The translations under genes and the position numbers were made by a program. Shown piece after piece: positions 9,794 to 18,148 of a DNA stretch of 64,000 nucleotides. How positions within the stretch are numbered: the stretch's first letter is position 1; each line of letters opens with the position of its first letter. The DNA lies in assembly GCA_964594665.1 (NCBI GenBank), contig CAZQNY010000003.1, forward strand, positions 3,225-67,224. The letters are read 5' to 3'. Below the pieces are notes generated by a model that had not been told where the DNA came from, searched no databases, and saw nothing but the letters and a program-made list of their open reading frames with translations. The stretch comes from an uncultured Bacteroidales bacterium (lineage in GTDB: Bacteria; Bacteroidota; Bacteroidia; Bacteroidales; BM520).

Positions 9794-9820
9794 CGGTTGC
9801 ATTCACGAAGATATTCAGCG

Positions 9821-9852
9821 CGGCTTATCCTTTGGGTAAGCCGTTTTTTTTT
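9821..9852 (+). terminator. Intrinsic terminator
   Basis: CGGCTTA-tcctttggg-TAAGCCG followed by T9, 28 nt after the stop at 9793. Confidence 0.75.
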
Positions 9853-9900
9853 GTATTTAGTGCTGAAGAAGTATTTTCTTTGTGATACCGGGGTCGGGTT

Positions 9901-10824
9901 TTAATTCAGATTATCCGGATTGTTCTGATTCTGATACATATCAGCAAATTCTTTTGTTAACACTTCTGTTACTTCGCTTTTAAATGCAAACTCATTTCTA
10001 ATATCGTTGACATACGCTTTGACTTTAACTTTGAGCATTACTTTATGTCCGATTTTTTCCTGAAAAAATAATACTGCAATGGGTTTGTTGAGATAGATGT
10101 GTTTTGAAACCTGCGCTGTCTCCATGGCAAAATTTCTAACCCTGTTTATGTCACATGACAGCGGCAGGTAAATTTCAGTAACAACCTGGCAATTCTCTTC
10201 TCCGGAGTTGGCATTGGATACCGGCATATTCATGACGTCAGAATTTGGAACACTCACAAGATTATCATCGCTTGTTACCAGACGTGTGGAGCGTAATCCA
10301 ACACCAACTATTTCGCCGTAGTAATTCCCGATTTGTACCTTATCTCCAATCTGAAAAGGCTTGTCGAATATGATAATTATGCCACCAAAAATATTCTTTA
10401 GCAGATCCTGGGATGCAAAACCTACTGCCACACCAATCGATGCAGAAAAAGCAAGGACAGATGCCATAGGAGGCCTGAAAACTGCAACAAGAATGAATGT
10501 TAATGCACCCGTCCAGATAATTACTCTTGCCAGTGGTATCAATCCCTTGATTGTTAAACGATGCTTTGTGTTCCTCTCTGCCCACACTCCCATCATTAAA
10601 GATAAAACACGGAGAAAAATATAGGTGGAAATAATAATCAAAATGGAAAAAATGATTTTTGAGGCATTGAAATAACTGGAAATATTCCTGGTTTCCTTGT
10701 TTAGCTCACCTATGATATTGTCTCCTGAAACTGCAGTACTGTCGGCAACCTGACTGAATAGAGATACTGACGAAACTAAAATCAACAGTATTAATGGTAG
10801 GATATATTTAATGTTTTTTTTCAT
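9901..10824 (-). CDS. MscS-family mechanosensitive ion channel
   Basis: 307 aa. N-terminal signal/TM plus TM helices. Pore-helix region GVAVGFASQDLLKNIFGGIIIIFDKPFQIGD followed by a beta domain. The ATG lies 11 nt after the stop of the upstream ATPase gene. Confidence 0.9.
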   Translation of the reverse strand: MKKNIKYILPLILLILVSSVSLFSQVADSTAVSGDNIIGELNKETRNISSYFNASKIIFSILIIISTYIFLRVLSLMMGVWAERNTKHRLTIKGLIPLARVIIWTGALTFILVAVFRPPMASVLAFSASIGVAVGFASQDLLKNIFGGIIIIFDKPFQIGDKVQIGNYYGEIVGVGLRSTRLVTSDDNLVSVPNSDVMNMPVSNANSGEENCQVVTEIYLPLSCDINRVRNFAMETAQVSKHIYLNKPIAVLFFQEKIGHKVMLKVKVKAYVNDIRNEFAFKSEVTEVLTKEFADMYQNQNNPDNLN

Positions 10825-10835
10825 CTTTTCCCGGA

Positions 10836-13784
10836 TTAATGTATGAGATTTTTGCTTTTTAAAAGCTGAATTACATGTCGGTATAGTATTCCGTTTAACA
10901 TATAATTATTGCCCTTTAGGATAAGAATGGAATCTTCTTTAAGTATTGTAAGCACTTTAAGGCTTTTTCCTGTGCTTTGATTACAGACTGAGGCATGAAT
11001 GTCAACCGATATCTTTCCATGTAGTACAATTAATAAAAGCGTATAGATTTTTTCTGAAGAAAGAGTTTCCAGAAAAGTAAAGTCGGGGGTACTAAACTTT
11101 TTTATAAATAGATCTTTATCCGTAAATTTTGATATTGATTCCAGCCAGAAGTAGAGCGACAGACTTATGTTACTTCCTGAGAACCTGTTTAGCTGCATAA
11201 AGAATTCCTTTTCCAGCTGAATCTGCCGGTCTTTTGCCTTTTTATTATCCGGAGTCATATTTTGTTCATCATCATAATGAACTACATACCCACTAAGTCG
11301 GTGTCTTTTGAGAATTATATTCCGAACTTCATCCGCATCAAGGGTGTTGAGTTCAACCATATAATCGAAGTTTTCTTTAATCGATACGGTTTTATTTAGG
11401 TAATTACAGGCATGCAGTGAAACAGAACAAACCCACAAAGCCATGTTGTTGGTAGAAACAATAAATGAAAGCAATTTCTGAAGGCATTCAAACCCTCCTG
11501 GTTTTCTAATAAAAGCACGCTCAAGGCCATCCAAAATTATGATCTGATTCCCTTTCAACAACTCAAGGTGCTGTAATACATCCTTTTCCGTTTTCAGGTT
11601 TTCGTTATCAAAAAGATCCTGCATTAAGGTGTAAAAATCTTTTTCGCTGTGATAAAACCTGTGGATGGTGTAATAATAAATTTTATCGCTTCCTTTAATA
11701 GTTTTGATATAGTGCTGAAGTAGCGATGTTTTCCCGCAACCATTTTCGCCAATCACAAGAGTTGCGGCGTAATTTCCTGATTTCCAGTCTTTAAGCGCGG
11801 TTTCTATTTTTTCCAGCTCCTTCCGTCGTGATAGAAACAGATTAATTTCTTTAACGGGCGCATTTTCAAACAGATAGCGATAGATGACCGGTAGTTTATA
11901 GATTCTTGTATTGATATCAGCAAGGTAGTTGGAGATTTCTGACGACACAAAAACCGGTGCTTTGTCGAGTTTTAACTTTTTGCGTATCGAATAATAGGAG
12001 TCAATAAGCATTGTGTATTGCCTTTTTATGAATGACCCAACTGATTTTGCCACTTGTGATAAACCCCCAAAAATTTTACCCCGCTTATTTTTGGATTCTT
12101 CAATAGCTTTTAACTTTATAAGGCTGGAGTAGATGCTAAGAATGCGATCGTTGTTGTCAAGACTTTTAATATTTTCAATAAATTCAACATAAAAACCCTC
12201 CAGATCATTATCTCTCATGTGCAATATATCGTCTCCAATCAAGGTTGTGCGATCCAGAATATTTAATGACCGCTTCATGCCTTCCTTAAACATCAGAATT
12301 GTTTCTTCCTGGTTGCTTTGAGTATTGACCATTGATATGGCGGTATCAAGGGAAAAATCTATGATCTGATCAAAGTCGCTAAACTCAGCGATTATTTTCT
12401 GAAATTGTTCCTTAAAATTGTCGGAAGATAATTTAATGCTTTTAAAGAACGGAGGTATACATTTATAATTAATAAATTCACTTGGCGAGAAGAAATAGAT
12501 ATCTGATTTGTCGATCCCATTCATGTAGTCGGGTGAACGAACCACTCCCGATCGGGCAGACATTTTTTCCAGAGCTTTATTGACATCAACCTCTGTTTTC
12601 TGTAGTAATTTTTCAATTTCTAAACCTGTTTTACTGAAATTTCCAACGGCGCTTTGAGTATTTCCTTCCTTATGCAATTTGTAAAGCTCTGAGGTAAAGA
12701 AATGCTTCAACATTGCGTTATTTGTTAAATCAGGTTCCGGAACCTGTTTAATCAATTGTTCTAAGTAGGTTCTTTTTTGTGCAATTACAGGATGAATGGT
12801 TTTCTTTAATTTTTCTGTATAAAGGTTTAAAACTTCAGATCGTTGGTTTTTAATTGTTGAAATGAAAGTATATAGCTCCTCTCTGAAACGCCATCCTTCA
12901 TACAACGCGTATAAAGTTGAATCCCATTGCTTGCAGGTTTCTTCAGCTTGCGAGAAGATATTTCTTACATTTCTTTTCTTCCTGAAACGAATATAGAAAC
13001 CCGGGAATTCTGTTGTTCCCGACTTTTTTAAATGTGAAATAAATTCAGATTTATAGCCCTTAAAAAAGTCATTAATATTCTCAATATCTTCATTGATATC
13101 ATCAATCACTAAAGGGTTAACCTTTACATTTTCAGTGTTGTAGTTATCATTAATGATTTGCCCTTCCAGTTGAAAAAGGTTATGTGCCAGATGAGTAAGT
13201 TTTTTCTGAACTTCAGACACACTCTTTAGGGAAAAGAGAATATATTCATTTATTAAAAAGCCTTTTACAATATCACGGTAATAAATGTTATGACTTCTCT
13301 CTTTTAATGGTTTAGGCTGTTTCTTGCGAAATTTTGCAATACCGTTATTGATTTGGAGAGGAGCATTTTCAATATAAAAGAGAAAGTCTCCGGCTTTTCT
13401 GAGTATTTTACTTCCGAGGCTTGCTTTTTCAGTATATCCCAATCCGTTGGTATAAGAATCTGTAATTATTGAATCAAGGTTGTCGGCATCCATCATAAGT
13501 CCGGCTTTGAGCGTATTGAGAAAATCTTTTATCTCAGTTTTGGACTTTAAATTGGGGTTCAGTGATTTTAGCAGTTCCAGGTTACGGGCATGAAATGCGC
13601 ATAAATCTTTTTCGGCAGGCTTCCCGGGTTTATTTATTAATGTTTCAATATTCTCCCTGATACGTTGAAGAGTAGTTGCCTGTTCCCGAACATATTCTGA
13701 AACAATTGGCTTAATAGTATTATTCCACGCAACGACAAGCCTTTCTGATTTTTCGCTCAAGCTTTTTATGGTATCATTGTGCAT
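10836..13784 (-). CDS. Large P-loop NTPase of unknown function (Walker A in the C-terminal third, wHTH-like tail)
   Basis: 982 aa with no TM segment. About 670 aa of K/N/E/I-rich, apparently helical sequence, then Walker A VIGENGCGKTSLL, Walker B-like NQIIILDGLE, and a C-terminal segment LLLIVLHGKISVDIHASVCNQSTGKSLKVLTILKEDSILI resembling a winged helix. Confidence 0.75.
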   Translation of the reverse strand: MHNDTIKSLSEKSERLVVAWNNTIKPIVSEYVREQATTLQRIRENIETLINKPGKPAEKDLCAFHARNLELLKSLNPNLKSKTEIKDFLNTLKAGLMMDADNLDSIITDSYTNGLGYTEKASLGSKILRKAGDFLFYIENAPLQINNGIAKFRKKQPKPLKERSHNIYYRDIVKGFLINEYILFSLKSVSEVQKKLTHLAHNLFQLEGQIINDNYNTENVKVNPLVIDDINEDIENINDFFKGYKSEFISHLKKSGTTEFPGFYIRFRKKRNVRNIFSQAEETCKQWDSTLYALYEGWRFREELYTFISTIKNQRSEVLNLYTEKLKKTIHPVIAQKRTYLEQLIKQVPEPDLTNNAMLKHFFTSELYKLHKEGNTQSAVGNFSKTGLEIEKLLQKTEVDVNKALEKMSARSGVVRSPDYMNGIDKSDIYFFSPSEFINYKCIPPFFKSIKLSSDNFKEQFQKIIAEFSDFDQIIDFSLDTAISMVNTQSNQEETILMFKEGMKRSLNILDRTTLIGDDILHMRDNDLEGFYVEFIENIKSLDNNDRILSIYSSLIKLKAIEESKNKRGKIFGGLSQVAKSVGSFIKRQYTMLIDSYYSIRKKLKLDKAPVFVSSEISNYLADINTRIYKLPVIYRYLFENAPVKEINLFLSRRKELEKIETALKDWKSGNYAATLVIGENGCGKTSLLQHYIKTIKGSDKIYYYTIHRFYHSEKDFYTLMQDLFDNENLKTEKDVLQHLELLKGNQIIILDGLERAFIRKPGGFECLQKLLSFIVSTNNMALWVCSVSLHACNYLNKTVSIKENFDYMVELNTLDADEVRNIILKRHRLSGYVVHYDDEQNMTPDNKKAKDRQIQLEKEFFMQLNRFSGSNISLSLYFWLESISKFTDKDLFIKKFSTPDFTFLETLSSEKIYTLLLIVLHGKISVDIHASVCNQSTGKSLKVLTILKEDSILILKGNNYMLNGILYRHVIQLLKSKNLIH

Positions 13785-14012
13785 GTTGAGATTTTTAGTC
13801 AGTTATTTTTTTGGCAAATCACATCAATAGAGCATATCACCTGTGTCATATTATAAAAATACGATTAAAAATAATATGAAAGCATTTTTATTGCGTCAAA
13901 AAAACCAAAGGAGCATAATCAAACTATTAATTAACGAAGTGGAACACTTAAGAATTCAATTCTGTTATGATAACAACGGTTACCAAAACATGTCATACAG
14001 ACCATTTAATTA

Positions 14013-15998
14013 TTAAGGTAGTTTATGGCCATTCCGTTGTTTATTATTTGTCAGATTGATATGCCTGATATTCTTTAATATTTCGATTCGATCAACAAAG
14101 GTGTCAATAACCATATTATACAATTCGTCACCCAGAACCTCATCTTCAACGCCAAAATCTATATTGGGGTTATCATTTACTTCTATTACATAAACTTTAT
14201 TATTCACATATTTTAGGTCAACACCATACAATCCATCTCCTATCAAAGATGCGGCTTTTAAGGCTAAGCTAACAATTTCCTCTGGCACCTGGCTGATTGG
14301 GAGGGTTTCATAGTTACCTGATTTGTCCTCTTCATCGCTGTTCCAGTTATATATTTGCCAATGGTTCTGGGTCATATAATACTTGCAGGCATATATTGGC
14401 TTGTTATCAAGTATGCCTATTCTCCAGTCGAATTCTGAATAAAGAAATTCCTGACATATCACCATATCAGTTTTTTTAAACAGTAATGCTAATTGCGTTT
14501 TTGCTTCATTTTGGTCGTTTACTTTTATCACACCTAACGAAAAAGCACTGTCAGGCTGCTTTAATACTGCCGGATATTTAATGCTTTCAAGCATCTTGTC
14601 ATTGAACATGTTTTTTGTTAAAGAGAGTGTTTTAGGTGTTCTGATTTTGTTTTTTTTGAATAACTCATTTTGGTAAATCTTATTGGAACACCTGAGGATT
14701 GACCATGGATCGTCAATGACAACAAGGCCTTCAGCGAAAGCCAAACGGGAGAGTTCGTATGTGTAATGATTAACATTGGTGGTCTCACGGATGAAAAGGG
14801 CATCAAATTCATTTATTTTATTGGTGTCATGTTTGCTTATAAATTCTATATAAACTCCTTTTTTGTTGGCTGCCTTACGGAATCGCTCCAGTGCTTCTTT
14901 ATTGGAAGGCGGATTCTCTTCATAGGGATTAATCAAAATTGCAATATCGTAACTGTAGTTATTTAATTTAGGTAAATTATAACGTTTTTTATTAAAGTGC
15001 TTTTGTGCAGCGTAGTAAAAAAGTGCTTTTTGGTCGTTTTTCAGATCTTTAAATGTTAACGCCTTAATGTTTTTTATAATCCATTTTTCCGATTTAATGA
15101 AGTTAACGGTGAATATCGGGACCTCAAAAACCTGGAATAGTTTGATAGCTAAAGTTTTGTATTTGGTGTGTGGCGTTTGGCCAAAATATATATCAAGAGA
15201 TAAACTATGATTTGCTTCCTTATAAAGTATCCGGTTTACCTGATCGCCGAGTTCGTATGAAAGTGATTGGACCACGTTGGCAATTTGTACGTCTTTTATT
15301 GTCGATGTACTTGGAATCGCCCGTTGGCCTCTGGCGGAGGCTAATAATGAAACATAATAACCATAACTTTGGTATCTGTATGAACTACATAAGTTGAAGA
15401 TTCTAAAACTTGCATTGTTCTGATACAATGGATTATTAATATAATCCTTCACTGAAATAACTTTTGCTTTTATATCGGTGTTTTTCCAGGAATACGGATG
15501 GTCGATTACGATCAGGTTTTTATTCTCTTTTTCAACGCCTGTTTCTCCTGTTCTCAACCCCAGTTTAAGTGCATCTTCTTCAGGCTGGTAATAGTCTTTC
15601 AATGTTTTCAAAACAATAAAGCCTTTTGACAGATACCATTCAATTAATTTTTTATTTTTTGCCCTTGCTTCCAGTGTAATGCTTTTGTAATTGTGATTTA
15701 TCGCGTAGGTTTTGATATATTCAAGTAATGCATTTCCAATGCCACAGTTTTGATACTCGGCCAATATACCAATTGAATAAATGCGGAGCATATGCTTGTA
15801 TTTAAACAAAACGGCCGACCCTACAGGTTTTATTTCGCTTTTTGCATCTTCAACCATAATAATTTCCTGGAAAGGACTTAGGATGCTTTTTTTTAAGCTG
15901 TTTTTTGTTGTTTGTTGAAAAGCAGGGAAAGATTCTTGTTCCAGCGTTACAAGAAATTCAATGTCGTCAGTATTTGCATTCCGATAAATGAGATTCAT
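14013..15998 (-). CDS. GNAT acetyltransferase fused to a RimK-type ATP-grasp ligase (three-part amidoligase)
   Basis: 661 aa from the ATG at 15998; the track start at 16007 is TTG. N-terminal GNAT (IGILAEYQNCGIGNALLEYI). Middle segment FRIFNLCSSYRYQSYGYYVSLLASARGQRAIPS, RLAN-like from memory. C-terminal ATP-grasp (PAVLKQPDSAFSLGV, VYVIEVNDNPNIDFG). Confidence 0.8.
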   Translation of the reverse strand: MNLIYRNANTDDIEFLVTLEQESFPAFQQTTKNSLKKSILSPFQEIIMVEDAKSEIKPVGSAVLFKYKHMLRIYSIGILAEYQNCGIGNALLEYIKTYAINHNYKSITLEARAKNKKLIEWYLSKGFIVLKTLKDYYQPEEDALKLGLRTGETGVEKENKNLIVIDHPYSWKNTDIKAKVISVKDYINNPLYQNNASFRIFNLCSSYRYQSYGYYVSLLASARGQRAIPSTSTIKDVQIANVVQSLSYELGDQVNRILYKEANHSLSLDIYFGQTPHTKYKTLAIKLFQVFEVPIFTVNFIKSEKWIIKNIKALTFKDLKNDQKALFYYAAQKHFNKKRYNLPKLNNYSYDIAILINPYEENPPSNKEALERFRKAANKKGVYIEFISKHDTNKINEFDALFIRETTNVNHYTYELSRLAFAEGLVVIDDPWSILRCSNKIYQNELFKKNKIRTPKTLSLTKNMFNDKMLESIKYPAVLKQPDSAFSLGVIKVNDQNEAKTQLALLFKKTDMVICQEFLYSEFDWRIGILDNKPIYACKYYMTQNHWQIYNWNSDEEDKSGNYETLPISQVPEEIVSLALKAASLIGDGLYGVDLKYVNNKVYVIEVNDNPNIDFGVEDEVLGDELYNMVIDTFVDRIEILKNIRHINLTNNKQRNGHKLP

Positions 15999-16019
15999 TT
16001 TTTTCAATGTGTTGAAAAG

Positions 16020-17261
16020 TTAATACTCCCGTAAGCTTCTTTCAATATATTCCAGTTGCCAGATTTTGAATAGTAACAGATCGGAAGGAGGCTCAGTGGG
16101 TTCATTTTCCATGATAGTATTTATTTGCAACTGCTGTTCAGCTGTGAGTTTATTTTCAGTGAATATGGTCAGGAGCTGGCATAAATAATTTGCTCCATTT
16201 ATATTTATGGTTATATCACCGGTTGTGCCGGGCTGTAACCGGAATAACCTGATGGTTTTATAGGTTATGGCATCGCCGGAATATTCACGAATATATCCAT
16301 TCTCTGTAATTATTGCATCAGGAAAGATTTTTCGGCTGATAATCCGTCGATAACCAGCTTTTTGAAAGCGGTTTTTAAAATGAAAGGAACAGTAATTGAT
16401 TCCTGTTTCAAGTCCGCATTTTTGGGCTTCATAAATTATCTCCAGTGCTGCCAGCTCCGATTCTACTACAAGAGGCCTCTCGTCGCATAAGATATGGTAG
16501 TTTCTCTCGATTAGTTTGTTCACATTATGATGTGTCAGCCGCAGATGATGCAGATTCAGGTTGGAGACCCCTGCTTCGACCATTTTGGGAAGCATTTGAA
16601 TAATCCTGTCCTTTTCTTCAGGAACACAAGGAATCTCAATCGTAATAACCGGGATAATACCCTTAGCGATTTTTACTTTATTGAGGTTGTATTCTGTTGC
16701 ACCAATATCAAAGCGTATCTCGTTGAGGTTTTCTTTTGCCAATGCCCGTAGCTTTGATTCATCTGCCAGCAAGCCATTGGTGTACATCCATATATACAGA
16801 TTTGGATTGCATTTTTGCCTTAAAACCTTCAGGTATTCAAGGGTGCGGTCGAAATATAATAGCGGCTCGCCACCACTAAAACTAACACCTTCAAACCCAA
16901 AATGATTAATGTAGTTTGCGTAATCATATGGATTGTCAAAGTCTATTCCCTGGGTTGACGGCAGCTCATCATTCTTTTGTGGCGCAGGGCAATAAAAGCA
17001 ATTTGCATTGCACTTGTTGGTGATAAACAGGCAGCTCCATTTTCCTGATCCGCAGATTTGACAACCTTTGGAAATATGGTTTAGGTACGGTTTTGTATCT
17101 TTAAAAAGCGGAACATTTTTAAATGTTTGTAAAAGCCTTGTTCTATAATCCTCTGAATCCTTTGCCATGTGAGGATTTAACCATTGCAGTTCAGGGTATT
17201 GGGAGAATTCATTTTTCGTTTTTGTAACTAATGAGTTCATCCATAAATATTTTGCTTCCAT
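16020..17261 (-). CDS. Radical SAM enzyme, subfamily not assignable by eye
   Basis: 413 aa. CNANCFYC (CX3CX2C) preceded by CQICGSGKWSC. SFSGGEPLL glycine-rich SAM motif. No Cys-rich SPASM-type C-terminus. Confidence 0.85.
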   Translation of the reverse strand: MEAKYLWMNSLVTKTKNEFSQYPELQWLNPHMAKDSEDYRTRLLQTFKNVPLFKDTKPYLNHISKGCQICGSGKWSCLFITNKCNANCFYCPAPQKNDELPSTQGIDFDNPYDYANYINHFGFEGVSFSGGEPLLYFDRTLEYLKVLRQKCNPNLYIWMYTNGLLADESKLRALAKENLNEIRFDIGATEYNLNKVKIAKGIIPVITIEIPCVPEEKDRIIQMLPKMVEAGVSNLNLHHLRLTHHNVNKLIERNYHILCDERPLVVESELAALEIIYEAQKCGLETGINYCSFHFKNRFQKAGYRRIISRKIFPDAIITENGYIREYSGDAITYKTIRLFRLQPGTTGDITININGANYLCQLLTIFTENKLTAEQQLQINTIMENEPTEPPSDLLLFKIWQLEYIERSLREY

Positions 17262-17741
17262 TATCTGTTATTGAGAAAGAATATTCAGGCATATCAGCCG
17301 AGGCTGTATAGAAAATTAAGGGTAGAAAAAGCTGATCCGGAAGCTTTAGAGCTCAGAGAAAATATACAGGAACATTAGAAACTGTTCCAGTGATATGAAA
17401 GCCGCACATGTTTTGACTTTTATAAGCATATTTATCATTATAAGAAGGCCGGAAAGGTACTGCTTTTTTTGAATGAATAGGTGAAGGATGTATTATTCCT
17501 TTATAATTACAGGAATTAGCCAACCATCACGTAATTTTACGAAATGTGGCCCGGTGTAACTCCGGACTGAATATCCATATTATACGTTAAATGGTAACCC
17601 TTCGGCTACGGGCAATTTGCAGGGTTTGAATGGCAGGCGTAGTTTTGGCATAGACCCGAGATAACACTTACCGGACGCCAAAAAAATGCAGAAAGTGTTG
17701 CTGCAGAGGGAGACCAGCAGACGATCATCGGCTCAGTTTAT

Positions 17742-17761
17742 CCCCCCCCCCCCAAAAAAAA
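17742..17761. repeat. Homopolymer tract C12 immediately followed by A8
   Basis: Counted directly: C at 17742-17753 and A at 17754-17761. It lies in the ~890-bp divergent intergenic region. Confidence 0.95.
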
Positions 17762-18148
17762 TTCAATGAATGCACTTTTTACTACCGGGAGGTAAAGCAC
17801 AGGAAAAAGACGAGCAAGATGTAAAGCCTCACCGCCGTGTGAGGCTCCCCAAAATGCCTATTTGATCTCACCGTCATATTCCCTCTTTCTCCCTTCTTCA
17901 CAATTAGGAAATCGTTCTACTTTAACGGTGGGTCAATACTGTTAAACCAACAACGGATAAACCGCATTTTACAAAGGTTGAGGGTAACAGCTCAATCCAG
18001 TAGTATCACTCCCTGCAACTTTTTGAAACCTCCCCTGCAAACTCTTGCAGCCCTTATTGCAACGGGGATTTAAAGAGTTACTGCTACATTGCAGCACTTT
18101 GCGAATTCATCACCAAAGTGCAATTTGTTTAACCCTAAATCCTTTATT

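Noticed and set aside
13931-13996. 21-aa ORF (MTCFGNRCYHNRIEFLSVPLR) in the ATP-grasp/ATPase gap, and a 30-aa ORF (17346-17438, MINMLIKVKTCAAFISLEQFLMFLYIFSEL) just upstream of the rSAM gene, as RiPP precursor candidates
   Set aside because: Both are too short and AT-rich to distinguish from chance. They lack the Thr/Ser/Lys/Asp/Glu-rich cores expected for ATP-grasp (graspetide) substrates. They would need conservation evidence before being called.
17262-18148. Possible tRNA, tmRNA, RNase P RNA or a common riboswitch in the long non-coding gap
   Set aside because: I looked on both strands for a GGTTCGAATCC-like T-loop, a tmRNA 5'/3' end and tag ORF, the RNase P GAGGAAAGTCC box, the B12 box GCCACTG and the TPP CTGAGA/ACCTGATCTGG core. 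I found none. The region is reported only as an unexplained structured gap.
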